A program made the translations under genes and the position numbers. Positions 26,414 through 37,409 of a DNA stretch of 64,000 bases are shown one piece after another. The notes under the pieces are model-generated. The model was not told where the DNA came from, made no database searches, and saw only the letters and a program-made list of their open reading frames with translations. Position 1 is the stretch's first letter, and the number at the start of each line of letters is the position of its first letter. Where the stretch lies: the IMG/VR virus record IMGVR_UViG_3300032516_000019, positions 1 to 64,000 of that record, one strand, 5' to 3'. This DNA comes from a virus.

Positions 26414-26790
26414 TATTTTAGAGAATCTAATTGAGAACTTGGAATATGAATATGTATGTCTAAATAATGAGCTTCTGAATAAATAGGAATCCTTGCCAAA
26501 TACGCTCCTGTTGGAAGTATTTGAGGATCAAGATATCCATTTCGAAATATGAATCCATAATCCATAGATTGTACATCATATTCAAGTTTTAAATTTCCTA
26601 TAAAATCCTTCCAAGAATAAAAGTGAATTGTTCCTTCATATTCTTTTTCTACTGAATGAGATTCTCGAATAATTAAAGAATAGCCTACTCCATTACGATA
26701 ATTAACTTGAATTTCTAATGAAGTGTAATTGCGACGAGTTTTTAATGTTTTCCTAACTAAATTAGTTAGTTTAATTCCATTTGGAGTCAT
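26413..26790 (-). CDS. Hypothetical protein
   Basis: 125-aa ORF. Confidence 0.4.
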   Translation of the reverse strand: MTPNGIKLTNLVRKTLKTRRNYTSLEIQVNYRNGVGYSLIIRESHSVEKEYEGTIHFYSWKDFIGNLKLEYDVQSMDYGFIFRNGYLDPQILPTGAYLARIPIYSEAHYLDIHIHIPSSQLDSLK

Positions 26791-26807
26791 TTCTTTGCGG
26801 TTTAAAT

Positions 26808-28490
26808 TTATACTTCTTCAATATATGAATTTATTAATTGCATCAATAATGATTCTGCATCAGTTGCTTTTCCGTCTACTACTCCATCAATCACTCCACG
26901 CTTTGAATCAATCAGACGAGCAATCCTTTCCTCTATTGTATTTTCTGCCAATAGGTAATGAACATTAACAGTATCCTTCTGTCCTATCCTATGACAACGG
27001 TCAGTGCATTGATCTACTGCTGCAGGAGTCCATGGTAGTTCCAATATAGCTACATTGGAAGCTACTGTAAGAGTGATTCCTTCTCCAGCAGCTTTGATTC
27101 CACCAATGAATAATCTACAATTATCATCATTCATAAATTTAGTCTTTGCTATTTCCTTTTGTTTATCTGAACTACGTCCATCCAATAGGACAGCAACCTT
27201 CTCGAACTCTTCCATCAGAGCATCAGATGTAAAGTGATGATCAACAAATACAACTAATTTCCCATCCACTTCCAAGAAGTTCTTGATCCACTCCTTTGCC
27301 TGCTTGAGTTTCCCATGCACAGCCAGTTGTTTTAATCCTGCTATCGAAGCTAATACTTTAGCTCGCTCTGCTCTTACCGCAGCTTCCTTGCCCTTCCAAG
27401 CTCGAAGAAATGATATGAAATCCTTCTCAGCCAACTCATATTCACTCTTATTGGTTAGCTCCATTGGAACAAATGAATATATCTTTGGTGGTAATTCCTT
27501 CAATACTTCTGATTTGAGTCTCCTGATCATTACATTGGTCTTGAGCATGGCATGAAGCTCTTCTATATTAGAGGCTCCGGAATAATCCCAACCAAATCCA
27601 TTATGTCTGGCATTACAATATTTCTTAGCGTACGACATATAATTTGGGAACAGTTCGGGTTTGAGTAATCTCACCACATTATATATCTCAATCGGACGAT
27701 TCAGCACCGGAGTCCCTGACAAAGCTATCATATTTGGAACTATCCTGCCAATCTTCCTCACGCCTAAAGTCCTTCGGGCAGATCCGTTTTTATAATAATG
27801 ACACTCATCCGTGATCAATACTTGTGGATTTCTATCAATCAGGAAATCAACCCACCCTGATCTTAAAATTTCCTTACCTCTTTTCTTACCTTCCTCCTTC
27901 TCATAATTATTCGGAAGGATATCATAGTTGATGATGAGGATATCTCCTGTGGTCTTCCATGGAGAAGTTCCTGATAATACTTCTACATTTGGATTTGGTA
28001 ACCATTTTTCAGCTTCTCTTTTCCAATTTAATTTTAATGCGGCAGGAGTAACTATGACAGCAGGCCGTAACTTAGGATGAAGTTGTAACCAGGCAAGTGC
28101 TTGGACTGTTTTTCCTAATCCCATTTCATCGGCTATCAAAGCTCTACCTTTTTGCATTTCTACAAAAGCAACTCCTTCCGTTTGGAAAGGAAATAATTCT
28201 CCTTTGAGTCCTGGAATTCCTTCAGTCAGGATATTACTCTTCCTGATCTGAGAATTCTGTAAATATGTTAATAGTCTTGGATCCATTTGAAATCCCCACG
28301 CCATCAATTTCTCAACGGCAGAAGGAGTTATTGGAGCAGACCACTTTTTCACTTCTTTATGGTACTGTCTGCCAGGGATAGACCGAACTTTGTCCAGTAT
28401 ATCAATGTTATAAGGGAAAGAAATCTTAATGACTCTCTGTCCCTTATCATTAGCAGCTAATGTTGCGGTTAAAGGTTGAATCATAATCAT
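26808..28490 (-). CDS. SNF2-family helicase/ATPase
   Basis: LFPFQ...DEMGLGKT is motif I. DECHYYKN is motif [13 protein letters not shown] is motif VI. Confidence 0.85.
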   Translation of the reverse strand: MIMIQPLTATLAANDKGQRVIKISFPYNIDILDKVRSIPGRQYHKEVKKWSAPITPSAVEKLMAWGFQMDPRLLTYLQNSQIRKSNILTEGIPGLKGELFPFQTEGVAFVEMQKGRALIADEMGLGKTVQALAWLQLHPKLRPAVIVTPAALKLNWKREAEKWLPNPNVEVLSGTSPWKTTGDILIINYDILPNNYEKEEGKKRGKEILRSGWVDFLIDRNPQVLITDECHYYKNGSARRTLGVRKIGRIVPNMIALSGTPVLNRPIEIYNVVRLLKPELFPNYMSYAKKYCNARHNGFGWDYSGASNIEELHAMLKTNVMIRRLKSEVLKELPPKIYSFVPMELTNKSEYELAEKDFISFLRAWKGKEAAVRAERAKVLASIAGLKQLAVHGKLKQAKEWIKNFLEVDGKLVVFVDHHFTSDALMEEFEKVAVLLDGRSSDKQKEIAKTKFMNDDNCRLFIGGIKAAGEGITLTVASNVAILELPWTPAAVDQCTDRCHRIGQKDTVNVHYLLAENTIEERIARLIDSKRGVIDGVVDGKATDAESLLMQLINSYIEEV

Positions 28491-28606
28491 TTAGATTAAG
28501 TATAAGAAGGGGGTATTTATTCGTTTCTACGCCCGCCCCCTATATTCGGTGAATAGCCTTTCCTCTCCTCTGCCGAAGCAGATTTAGTCACTCAGCACGA
28601 TCTTCA

Positions 28607-29743
28607 TTAATTCTTTAGTTTCTTAAACAAATCACCAGCAACCTGCTGGAGTTCTACTCTCCTACGCTCTGATACATCATCCTGATTGGCGTAGGCGGTT
28701 ATTCCCTGAGCCAATTTCCAGATAGTTGATTCTCCCTGAAGACCTTGCATTGGATCATTTCTCATCAGCATCTTTCCTACCTCATCTGATTCTCCTTTGG
28801 AAAGTTTCATTCCCTGATAAAGATCCTTTAACATTGCTGCCGGTTCTACTGGAGTGGATGATGCAGCCTGTATTTCCTGAAGGCGTTGCTTTACGGTATC
28901 CACTGAGTATATCTCACGAGACATATCTCTTATGGCAGAAGCAACCGTTAAGGAATCCAATCTGTAAGTCTCTTTGGAGAAAACCATTCCTTCATCCAAT
29001 CTGGCTCCAAGGTGAACTGTTCTCAGCATATGTTCTCTGACAGCTCCATTAAGGCAGACTCCATTGGTGATAACAGAACTGAGAATCTGAGCACGACCTC
29101 CATAATCAAATGTAGACAGGCGGGAACCAAAAGCAAGCATGATCTGACCATTCAAAGCGGTCTCCACTACGATTGGTTTCGGAAGCATGCTCTCTACGGA
29201 TACAATTGAATCATCCATAAACCCGTCAGATATTTGAGCTCCCAATGAAAGCACCTCTTTGATATGCTCTTCAAAAATCAGATGAGAATCAAGTCTCCTG
29301 TAGGAATCGGATAATACACCTCTTACCTGAGTGCCGATTGCTCTGATCAAAACTTTGTTCCTGGTTAAGTAACCATTGTGGGTATTCAGGATATCATAAG
29401 CAAGAGTCCGCTGCCAATCTTCTCCAAATAATAAGGAGGTCAGATAAGCTGTAGGGATCTTTAATTTCTCAGCAAGCTGAGTCATTGCATGATCATTAAA
29501 TGTAAAAGCCTCTTTTCCCTGAGTAGGCACATCAATCACGGCTGTCAACTTTGCTGGATTGGTCGCAATAAAATTCATTGTTGAATTTACTCCTTCCTTC
29601 TCAGCACCTACATTGACTGTAAAGTCTCTCGAAATCTTTCCTTCGGAGATTAATTTCTCCATGGTAAGTTGAACATTTACCATTCCTTTTTGTAGTTTCT
29701 GCTTGATCTTAGCTTCCACTACTGCATTTAAACTCTGTTCCAT
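28607..29743 (-). CDS. Hypothetical protein
   Basis: 378 aa, no motif recognised. Confidence 0.45.
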   Translation of the reverse strand: MEQSLNAVVEAKIKQKLQKGMVNVQLTMEKLISEGKISRDFTVNVGAEKEGVNSTMNFIATNPAKLTAVIDVPTQGKEAFTFNDHAMTQLAEKLKIPTAYLTSLLFGEDWQRTLAYDILNTHNGYLTRNKVLIRAIGTQVRGVLSDSYRRLDSHLIFEEHIKEVLSLGAQISDGFMDDSIVSVESMLPKPIVVETALNGQIMLAFGSRLSTFDYGGRAQILSSVITNGVCLNGAVREHMLRTVHLGARLDEGMVFSKETYRLDSLTVASAIRDMSREIYSVDTVKQRLQEIQAASSTPVEPAAMLKDLYQGMKLSKGESDEVGKMLMRNDPMQGLQGESTIWKLAQGITAYANQDDVSERRRVELQQVAGDLFKKLKN

Positions 29744-29766
29744 TTTTTTACGATTTTAGTAAGTAA

Positions 29767-29949
29767 TTATTCATCCACTTCTGCAAGCCCTTGAGCGAGC
29801 AGATAATCAGAAGCACTGTCACAAGCTCTTATAATAGAGTTGTTATTTCTACTTATGAAATCAGCGATCTCATAGTCTTCAAGTTCCATGGAGATATATC
29901 CATAATTCTTTTCCCAATACTCTTTGAATTCCTGTACTTTTTCTTCCAT
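29767..29949 (-). CDS. Hypothetical small early protein
   Basis: 60-aa ORF. Confidence 0.35.
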   Translation of the reverse strand: MEEKVQEFKEYWEKNYGYISMELEDYEIADFISRNNNSIIRACDSASDYLLAQGLAEVDE

Positions 29950-30039
29950 AATGTCAAGTGTTAGAATGAAGTAAATAATCCATCATATAAAGATAGGTAG
30001 TATCTTTGAATAAACCAAATGTTTTAATGAAAACTTTAT

Positions 30040-30240
30040 TTATTCATCATCCTCATCCGACTCATCACAAGCAAAGTACTTCATCATCGTCTGCAGTAAG
30101 TGATCATAATCACCTGATGTTGCTTCTTTCTGGATTGTTTCCCAATCCATTCCATTCTGACGGGCTACTCTGGCAGCTCTTCCCAATATTGCGAAGGCAT
30201 TACCATCTTCACCAACTAAATTTAATTGCGGTTTTTTCAT
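30040..30240 (-). CDS. Hypothetical small early protein
   Basis: 66-aa ORF, acidic C-terminus. Confidence 0.35.
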   Translation of the reverse strand: MKKPQLNLVGEDGNAFAILGRAARVARQNGMDWETIQKEATSGDYDHLLQTMMKYFACDESDEDDE

Positions 30241-30521
30241 GATTCTTTAACTCTTAATTGTATACTAAACCAATAACTTCCATCGTGCTTTTGTTCAGAG
30301 CAAAATCCTCTGGCACAACATACAACTCCATGCTTTTCCAACATATCCAAGACTTTGCCCCCATCACCATAATTTGGTAGGGAGAATTGAACAATGATAT
30401 ACTCCTGTCCTTTTAAAGCTCCATCTTGAACTTCCTGCCGAGCTTTTATGTAAGCCTGCTGGACTGCTGCTTTCGCAGCATCCTTATTCACAATGATTTG
30501 TTCAACGGATCTACTTTCCAT
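30237..30521 (-). CDS. Hypothetical small early protein
   Basis: 94-aa ORF. Confidence 0.4.
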   Translation of the reverse strand: MESRSVEQIIVNKDAAKAAVQQAYIKARQEVQDGALKGQEYIIVQFSLPNYGDGGKVLDMLEKHGVVCCARGFCSEQKHDGSYWFSIQLRVKES

Positions 30522-30525
30522 TTTC

Positions 30526-30828
30526 TTACGGATTTATTAATAAATGACAAACGGGACACTTTACATATCCGGTTTCAACCATCATAAGTGGTTGACCTAC
30601 AACGCCGGCAGAAATAAGAGCATCAAGCATCCCTTCATTTTCTGTGTAATCTTTGATGATTACAAAGTCTTTATTCAAAGGAAGCTCAGGGATATTTACA
30701 GTAGCAACAGCAACCTGCTCTCCATCTGAAGGATCAACCAGGACAATAGCTGTTCTGCCATTGGAATATTTGCGGAAATCTATCCTACAATTCCAATCCT
30801 TAAATCGTACAATTAATTTATTCTTCAT
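30526..30828 (-). CDS. Hypothetical small early protein
   Basis: 100-aa ORF, C-terminal CPVCH. Confidence 0.4.
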   Translation of the reverse strand: MKNKLIVRFKDWNCRIDFRKYSNGRTAIVLVDPSDGEQVAVATVNIPELPLNKDFVIIKDYTENEGMLDALISAGVVGQPLMMVETGYVKCPVCHLLINP

Positions 30829-30992
30829 CGTCGTCTTTGTTTAAATCCAATCCTTTTTCCATGTATATATGGTAAAGAAATTCATTTAGCTGATCTGTAC
30901 TGAAAAAATCAAACAGATAATTAAGAACTAACTCCACGTCATTGCCGTGGAGTATTTCTGTATACTTATTAAACAACTCTGCTTTTGTCATG

Positions 30993-31184
30993 TTATTCTT
31001 CTTTAAACATTCTATCCCAGCAATTAGGACATATTCTTGAAATGAACATTTCCCTTTGTGTTGCGGTTAATTCTGGCAATGCTCTTTGAATCAGCATTCC
31101 TTGTTGCCACATTTTGACGCCTTCTTCGGAAGCTTCAATTGACTCATAGCAACCACATTCCTTGCATCTGATTATATGTTTCAT
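30993..31184 (-). CDS. Zn-ribbon mini-protein
   Basis: CKECGC...CPNC. Confidence 0.4.
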   Translation of the reverse strand: MKHIIRCKECGCYESIEASEEGVKMWQQGMLIQRALPELTATQREMFISRICPNCWDRMFKEE

Positions 31185-31480
31185 ATTATTCCTCTACAAT
31201 AAAATTTACGATAAGCAGGATTCTTTACTACAATGGTTCGATCATATTCCATTGCAAAACCCAGTTCATAATTGATAAGTATATCAATCTCTGCCGATTC
31301 AATAGACTCACAACCGAATTGTCCGTCATTGATACAGCGTAGAATATTCTCCTTGGAGATTTTGTCATTTGGAATATATCTTTCATCCATTATGACTTCT
31401 CCTTGTCCACCACCCCAAAAGTTAATCAGAGCAACACCTTGGATGGTGATTCCTGTTTGTTTGATCTTTTTCTCTTTCAT
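31181..31480 (-). CDS. Hypothetical small early protein
   Basis: 99-aa ORF. Confidence 0.4.
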   Translation of the reverse strand: MKEKKIKQTGITIQGVALINFWGGGQGEVIMDERYIPNDKISKENILRCINDGQFGCESIESAEIDILINYELGFAMEYDRTIVVKNPAYRKFYCRGII

Positions 31481-31481
31481 C

Positions 31482-31916
31482 CTAAAAGAATGTGATTGTT
31501 ATTGATTTCACTCTCCCTTCCCTGATCTCGGCTACAACCGGATAACTACCATCACCCCATCCTGAACTGGAAGCAACTCCTGAACCTCCTGCAAGTTCTC
31601 CGCCATGTCCTGATAAAGTTTGAACACAGCAGCCATTATAAGAAAAGGGATGTTTTGCCGGAGCATAAGGAAGCTGATAGAATTCTCCTTCATCAATCAG
31701 AGTATTCATATCCTTTCCGTAGGCAGGGATGACTTCGTTAAACATTTGGAAATCTTTTCTGAATTCCAGGATCACTTCGGTTCCACGTTGGCGATACCTT
31801 CTTTGATCTACAAATTCTTCGTTTTTCCACATTGAGTCAATATAACAGGGATCACAGATAATAATCTGTCCACTGTCTACACTAACTTCTCCAAGTTTAA
31901 TCAAATCTCTTTTCAT
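31482..31916 (-). CDS. Hypothetical protein
   Basis: 144-aa ORF. Confidence 0.4.
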   Translation of the reverse strand: MKRDLIKLGEVSVDSGQIIICDPCYIDSMWKNEEFVDQRRYRQRGTEVILEFRKDFQMFNEVIPAYGKDMNTLIDEGEFYQLPYAPAKHPFSYNGCCVQTLSGHGGELAGGSGVASSSGWGDGSYPVVAEIREGRVKSITITFF

Positions 31917-32371
31917 TTTTTTGCGATTTTAATGAAATTGTGATACAATAAATCTTCTTCCAATATTTCTCCACCTTCAACTCTGGAAAGATGAAGAGTG
32001 GTAATTTCACTCTCAGTATCTTTTGATATCTGCTGAAGGATATCATCAAGATGTTTCTTTGATTCCAATGTAATCAAAGCAGTTCCAATAGAGTCTTTCA
32101 CTCCATAAGTCAAACAACCATACGGTTCTTTGTTTTCTTCTTCCTGCCATACTGGTTCCCCATTTTCAATGATGACGGTACCTTCGGCATCTCTTTTCAT
32201 AGTTACTTCATAACGATAACCACAGGTTGGACAGAAGATATATTCTTCTCCTGACCTGTAGTAAAACTCCGAATGAGCCCCTTGAGAGCCACAGTTCGGA
32301 CAATCTACATTCTCAATTGAACTTACACTTCCCATAATTGCGGTCTGTTTTAATGAAACATTAATATCCAA
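31913..32371 (-). CDS. Zn-ribbon protein
   Basis: CPNCGSQ...CPTCGY. Confidence 0.4.
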   Translation of the reverse strand: MDINVSLKQTAIMGSVSSIENVDCPNCGSQGAHSEFYYRSGEEYIFCPTCGYRYEVTMKRDAEGTVIIENGEPVWQEEENKEPYGCLTYGVKDSIGTALITLESKKHLDDILQQISKDTESEITTLHLSRVEGGEILEEDLLYHNFIKIAKK

Positions 32372-32422
32372 TAATAAAGATAATCAATAAATCTGAATAA
32401 TCAAAATGTATTTTAGAAAATC

Positions 32423-32635
32423 TTATTGAGATGGTAACATCTTATCAATGAGAGCTTTCAATTCATCTGCTTTTTGTTTTCTTTGATAAGAATTTCTACA
32501 ATCCCATTCATGCTTACATCCATTACATGACTGATATCCTTCTTCATCAGTTACATAACCATAGTCTCCACCACAATCTGTAGTAGCATGTGTGGCTTCA
32601 AGTAATTCATAAACCAATAATAGAATCTCTTTCAT
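32423..32635 (-). CDS. Hypothetical Cys-rich small protein
   Basis: 70 aa. Cysteines at CGGDYG and CNGCKHEWDC. Confidence 0.35.
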   Translation of the reverse strand: MKEILLLVYELLEATHATTDCGGDYGYVTDEEGYQSCNGCKHEWDCRNSYQRKQKADELKALIDKMLPSQ

Positions 32636-32910
32636 TTTGTCCTTATTTTCTTTGTGCGGATTCTTTTAACATTTATATCTTGAAAAAAAAATCCGCGTAT
32701 TTCCTTTGATAAATGATGCATTAAAGCATCTGCTACCATACTATCAGTCACTTTCAATACAGCCGGAAACATTTCTGTTTTAGCTTTTTCAACAGCATCT
32801 GCAGGTACTATAAAAGTAACCTGCAGATCCCTTTGTTTTTTCTTAAATAGATTTTTCAGTCTCATGGGAGTTAAGGAATTCTTCAAGATCATCAGCAGAT
32901 ACCCGATCAA
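32632..32910 (-). CDS. Hypothetical small protein
   Basis: 92-aa ORF. Confidence 0.35.
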   Translation of the reverse strand: MIGYLLMILKNSLTPMRLKNLFKKKQRDLQVTFIVPADAVEKAKTEMFPAVLKVTDSMVADALMHHLSKEIRGFFFQDINVKRIRTKKIRTK

Positions 32911-33232
32911 ATACTTTCACTGTAAAACAATCATCAGTTACTTCTACTTTCCAATCTGGAACTTCTTCGTGAGCAGCAGAAAATCCTTTGTTTAAAATCA
33001 AAGAATTAACGATCCAAGGGTCCCCATCATGTCCAGTGAATTCACTATGCATTTCCTGTAGAATAAATTCAGCCGTTTTCTTATTTAGATGAATTTCCCA
33101 AGGTTTTATAGTTTCAATATTATCCCATTCAACAGGATAAATAGCCTCTTTGTAAAGATTCAGTAGGCACTCATAAGCATCTTTTGAAGAACCTACAATT
33201 TCCGAAATTCTTTCTTTTGTCAAGTCTTTCAT
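32843..33232 (-). CDS. Hypothetical protein
   Basis: 129-aa ORF. Confidence 0.4.
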   Translation of the reverse strand: MKDLTKERISEIVGSSKDAYECLLNLYKEAIYPVEWDNIETIKPWEIHLNKKTAEFILQEMHSEFTGHDGDPWIVNSLILNKGFSAAHEEVPDWKVEVTDDCFTVKVFDRVSADDLEEFLNSHETEKSI

Positions 33233-33272
33233 TTTAATTTTATTTGAGAAGGTTTACAATCAAAAAGTATCG

Positions 33273-33587
33273 TTACACCACTGTACTTATATCCAAATCT
33301 TCATCTCTGATAGGATCATATGTTACCATGCTTTCTCCAGCTTTACAAAGAATGATGGTATCTCTTTTTGCGAGTAATTCATCAAGAATGCTTTCATAAT
33401 TTATTCTCAGATACTCCACGTGATCATCTCGCAATGCTGGATATTTTTCGAGATTTAATGATTCATACTGGGAATAGCCTGGAAAGCTAACATGAACCCT
33501 GTGTCTTTTGATGAGATCAAGATGTTTTGTAACTTCTGAAATCTCTCCTTGAAGCTTATTCAATGCTTCGATCTGTTCTTTTGTCAT
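33273..33587 (-). CDS. Hypothetical protein
   Basis: 104-aa ORF. Confidence 0.4.
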   Translation of the reverse strand: MTKEQIEALNKLQGEISEVTKHLDLIKRHRVHVSFPGYSQYESLNLEKYPALRDDHVEYLRINYESILDELLAKRDTIILCKAGESMVTYDPIRDEDLDISTVV

Positions 33588-33620
33588 TTTGTTTACGGTT
33601 TTTAGTTTTCAAATTATAAT

Positions 33621-33965
33621 TCAATTTAATTGGTTTTTCATCATGTATATAAATTCAGCGACAGAAAGTATTCTCCAAGTATCTTCTTCGGGGAATATCT
33701 GATCTTTAGCAGTCTCATGAAGTGACGCCCAACCGCGTTCAATTCTTTGGAACTCTATTTCAATTTGTCCATCAGTAACTCGGATTCGTAAATAATTGAG
33801 TTCTTTCACTTGCTCTACAGCGTATGAAGCGTCCTTTAGTTCAATTAGCATATCTTTATAGTGTATCATCCAAATATAAAGATAAGGTGTTCTTATGAAT
33901 AATCCAAATTGGTAAATGAAAGTTTTATAATTACCATCTTTTAGCCGCTTCGTAGGCTCTGTCAA
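33621..33965 (-). CDS. Hypothetical protein
   Basis: 114-aa ORF. Confidence 0.4.
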   Translation of the reverse strand: MTEPTKRLKDGNYKTFIYQFGLFIRTPYLYIWMIHYKDMLIELKDASYAVEQVKELNYLRIRVTDGQIEIEFQRIERGWASLHETAKDQIFPEEDTWRILSVAEFIYMMKNQLN

Positions 33966-34134
33966 ATGATTCCTTCTGGCTTTCAGTCAGTGGTTTAGTC
34001 ATTTCCGCTCCGATCATAAAGTTGTAATTAGTCTTGTAGTAGTCTCCCATTAAAAGCATGAGGACTCTGTTATCCTTTACAAAATAGGTAGCAGTACCTG
34101 ATTTGTAGACGCCATCTTGAAGTTCTCTTTCCAT
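33931..34134 (-). CDS. Hypothetical small protein
   Basis: 67-aa ORF. Confidence 0.35.
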   Translation of the reverse strand: MERELQDGVYKSGTATYFVKDNRVLMLLMGDYYKTNYNFMIGAEMTKPLTESQKESFDRAYEAAKRW

Positions 34135-34138
34135 ATCT

Positions 34139-34546
34139 TTATGCTATTATTATTTCAAATGTATTATACTCCACCCAGTTTTTATCAATTTCTTTCCAGT
34201 TTTGAATAGGCTCTGCCATTTGTTTTTCGTACTTTTCTGGATCAATCGGACCTTCTGTTCCACCAATTCCTAAATCAACTCCCATTTCAGGATCATTTGG
34301 AAACGCAGCTTTTACCTTTTGTAATTCTTGTAATACTCTTGTAAAACATTGAGCAGCATAAGTATATCTGTAATATTTTTCTGATAAATCATCAGGATGA
34401 AGACTAACCCAAATAAATGGATCTTCTTTGTCTTGGTCTGGAAATAATCCAGATGGTTCTATATTGGCATGAGATAGAGGATCATTTCTATCCTCTGAAG
34501 CAGAAACCAATAATTCCTTTAGCATTTCATACTGTTGTTTTGTCAT
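34139..34546 (-). CDS. Hypothetical protein
   Basis: 135-aa ORF. Confidence 0.4.
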   Translation of the reverse strand: MTKQQYEMLKELLVSASEDRNDPLSHANIEPSGLFPDQDKEDPFIWVSLHPDDLSEKYYRYTYAAQCFTRVLQELQKVKAAFPNDPEMGVDLGIGGTEGPIDPEKYEKQMAEPIQNWKEIDKNWVEYNTFEIIIA

Positions 34547-34671
34547 TTTATTTAGTATTAGTGATTAGTAAATGTAGAGCCGCCTACAGGCATCAAACCT
34601 GTTTGGACTGCCTCAAGGATGGCACAGGCGGCAAAAATCCTTTACAAGCCATTGGAAATAGCTTGACACGC

Positions 34672-34998
34672 TTAGAATTTAAACTCATCAGAAGGTTTAG
34701 CAAGATAATCATCATTTCCTGGATCTTCTTCATTGATATCTATCGTTTCAATTGAGTCACAAGAAAACCATAATTCTTTATTGACGAATATGGCAAAGAT
34801 GAAATCGCATCCATCTCCATTGTTTTCATCAATATGTTTTAGTAGTTTTCCCTGATTTCTCAAATTAGTAGAATACGAATGATCTTCAATTACCCTTTTC
34901 AGGATTTTTGTAAAATCATCTCCTATGTATTTCTGGATGATTCCACATCCATTAACATAGTTTTCCGCAATTACAATCACTTCTATTTCTTCGCCCAT
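34672..34998 (-). CDS. Hypothetical protein
   Basis: 108-aa ORF. Confidence 0.4.
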   Translation of the reverse strand: MGEEIEVIVIAENYVNGCGIIQKYIGDDFTKILKRVIEDHSYSTNLRNQGKLLKHIDENNGDGCDFIFAIFVNKELWFSCDSIETIDINEEDPGNDDYLAKPSDEFKF

Positions 34999-35303
34999 TT
35001 CTTAGCAAGTTTTACCATTGTATCTTCGTTTACAGTAATGCTAAAATGTTCTCCGCTTCTGTCGCCTGAGAATATAATTTTGATTGAATCATCAAATTCT
35101 TTTAGCTCCACAAGAGATTTTAATACATCCGAACTCTTTTTCAGATCAGATAATTTGTTAAAGTCGAATCTTCTCGGATCATCATCAACAAATGGAAGAA
35201 AAGCAAAATACTTTTTGTATCCATAATCAAATTCGAAGTCAATATTCACATTTGATGATGTTTGAACTCGAATTACTCCAACTTCTTTTCTAAGGACTTT
35301 CAT
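34983..35303 (-). CDS. Hypothetical protein
   Basis: 106-aa ORF. Confidence 0.4.
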   Translation of the reverse strand: MKVLRKEVGVIRVQTSSNVNIDFEFDYGYKKYFAFLPFVDDDPRRFDFNKLSDLKKSSDVLKSLVELKEFDDSIKIIFSGDRSGEHFSITVNEDTMVKLAKKWAKK

Positions 35304-35420
35304 ATCAATTAAGATTAAAGAATTTCAGGATAAACAATACAAAAGCCCAATATATTACGGCTGCAGGAATGCAGAGTAATGGAGAGTAATCACTCTCCAT
35401 CACTTTGTTAATTAGCTTTT

Positions 35421-35726
35421 TCATGCTATTCTTACTCTTTTAACATCTGCTTCGGATTCTGGAGTGAGGTAATCGGGAGATACTTTCCAGTTTCCGTATC
35501 CACCTTCTGCTCTCAAAGATATGGATTTGATGTTGACTCTGGTGATCCTTCCGTAGATTTTTATTCCTCTTTTGCGGCTGTCGAACGATACTCTTTGTCC
35601 AACATAGAAGTTGCGAGCAATTTTTTGCTGAGCCCATCTGTGAGCTTCCTGCAAAACTTTCCATGCCTGATTGATATCAGTGATATCACAAGCAAATGCA
35701 TCTTTTCCGTTGATTAAAATTGTCAT
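35421..35726 (-). CDS. Hypothetical protein
   Basis: 101-aa ORF. Confidence 0.4.
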   Translation of the reverse strand: MTILINGKDAFACDITDINQAWKVLQEAHRWAQQKIARNFYVGQRVSFDSRKRGIKIYGRITRVNIKSISLRAEGGYGNWKVSPDYLTPESEADVKRVRIA

Positions 35727-35842
35727 CGTCTTTCAATTTTGATTTTCACTGGGCTGAGAAGAATTAATATCCAGCATACACAAACATATGCCAATCCTAC
35801 ATAAAACACTAAATTTTCCATTTTCTTACGGTTTTTAATTGT

Positions 35843-36085
35843 TTACTTAGAAGTTACGAATTCATCAATAAATGCTGAAGCATCCAGCAGACCTATTACA
35901 GCCTCAGGAAGTTTCAATTTTAGTTGTTCTCTGAGCTCATTCCACTCTTTTACAGTTCCGGTTTTTCTGTGGAGAAGAAGAAAATCCTTTACTTTTGCAA
36001 GCATAAGCTCGCCTAAAGATTCTACCTGAACGTCTTTAGTCTGTCCAGTTTCTTTTGATGAGAATTGTCCTTTTTTCATTTTCAT
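35843..36085 (-). CDS. Hypothetical protein
   Basis: 80-aa ORF. Confidence 0.4.
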   Translation of the reverse strand: MKMKKGQFSSKETGQTKDVQVESLGELMLAKVKDFLLLHRKTGTVKEWNELREQLKLKLPEAVIGLLDASAFIDEFVTSK

Positions 36086-36189
36086 TAATTTTTAGTTTGA
36101 AGTTAAAGTGAATGTCGACCTGATCATCCAATAATAAAGATAGGTAGTACTTTTGAATAAATCAAATCGACATCTGTAAATCTTTTGAA

Positions 36190-36378
36190 TTACTTTTTTA
36201 CCATTATTGCATTCCAACAGGAATCACAAACCCAATCGCTCGGGTGGGCTTCAATGCATTTATCGAATTTTTCACGATCCGTTGTATACTTATCTGCTTT
36301 ATAACAGATAGCACAAAGGAAAATCCATCCAAACGCTATTAGCGTAGAAATGGTCATTGCGGTTTTGTGTACTTTCAT
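36190..36378 (-). CDS. Small membrane/Cys-containing protein
   Basis: TM segment ISTLIAFGWIFLCAI followed by a Cys pair. Confidence 0.35.
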   Translation of the reverse strand: MKVHKTAMTISTLIAFGWIFLCAICYKADKYTTDREKFDKCIEAHPSDWVCDSCWNAIMVKK

Positions 36379-36379
36379 T

Positions 36380-36721
36380 TTACTTTCTTGTTAAATAAGA
36401 TAATACTTGAGATTCCAATTTCACTGGATCGGAAATCATAACTATCTGATTCCAATATTTCGGCATTTTCTTCATGACGATGTACATTTGCTTATCAGAT
36501 AACCAACGCTTCGTTTCCAGCTGTTTCGCGAATGATGTAAGGATCTTTCCATCCGTACCGGAGAATCCTACGCCGTTATGATCAATCGTGGATTCTACCG
36601 ATTGTTCCTGGCTTGTTTGAAACTCATAAATCCGTATCAGGGCAGATTTCGCCCAAATAGGATCAGTAGCAAGCTTATGTTTGACATAATCTCGCAATTG
36701 AATTTTGGTAATTTTATTCAT
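36380..36721 (-). CDS. Hypothetical protein
   Basis: 113-aa ORF. Confidence 0.4.
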   Translation of the reverse strand: MNKITKIQLRDYVKHKLATDPIWAKSALIRIYEFQTSQEQSVESTIDHNGVGFSGTDGKILTSFAKQLETKRWLSDKQMYIVMKKMPKYWNQIVMISDPVKLESQVLSYLTRK

Positions 36722-36836
36722 TTTTTGATAATTTGGGAAATGCTTTTACAAGGTAATTTCCTTTTTTGATGTACTTCACTCCATTGAGTAAAATGTACTG
36801 ATGTTTAATTGTTTTCATTTTTGCGGTATTTACATA

Positions 36837-37325
36837 TTATCTTGAGAGAATACAATGCTTGATCTTTTCTGTTGGGAAGTCGCTTCCCTGCAAATTTCCA
36901 GAAACACAAAGGATATCAATTTCTTGATCTCGTCTTCTAAGAGCAATATGTTCTAAAATAGCTCTCATTGTAGATCCAGTTGCTATGAAATCATCAACAA
37001 TGAGAATTATGCTTTTGTAAAAAACAGAATCCTCTGGAAAAGTGAAGCTATGGCTTTCTTCTCCTTGCTTTTTGATATGATGAATTGTAATCGCTTTATC
37101 TGGAAATAATTCAATTAACTTAGAACTGACAATTCCAGCAATGATAGCTCCAGAAGATCCTCTACAAAAAAGGATAATTCTTTTGAATTCTGATTTTTTG
37201 TAGTATTCATCTATTACTAAGTAAATACTATTAGCCATATCATGAATTGTGGCTAAATTCACGAGAATGTTGTTTCCAATAGGATACTCCATTTCTCCGT
37301 GTTTAATTAAAGGATGTAGAATCAT
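36837..37325 (-). CDS. Type I phosphoribosyltransferase-domain protein
   Basis: PRPP-binding motif IILIVDDFIATGST. Confidence 0.6.
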   Translation of the reverse strand: MILHPLIKHGEMEYPIGNNILVNLATIHDMANSIYLVIDEYYKKSEFKRIILFCRGSSGAIIAGIVSSKLIELFPDKAITIHHIKKQGEESHSFTFPEDSVFYKSIILIVDDFIATGSTMRAILEHIALRRRDQEIDILCVSGNLQGSDFPTEKIKHCILSR

Positions 37326-37350
37326 TTTTCTGCGGTTTTGGTGAAATTTG

Positions 37351-37409
37351 CCACAAAGTGGGGATTCGAACCCCTTCTCTTTCGAGCGCTACACCAGGCC
37401 TCTTTGTGG
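37351..37409 (-). ncRNA. tRNA-like minihelix: 7-bp acceptor stem (CCACAAA/TTTGTGG) plus canonical T-arm (GGGG-TTCGAAT-CCCC). Too short (59 nt) for a full tRNA.
   Basis: The acceptor and T-arm pairings are seen directly. Only about 28 nt lie between the 5' acceptor and the T-arm, so either the D or the anticodon arm is missing. Confidence 0.3.
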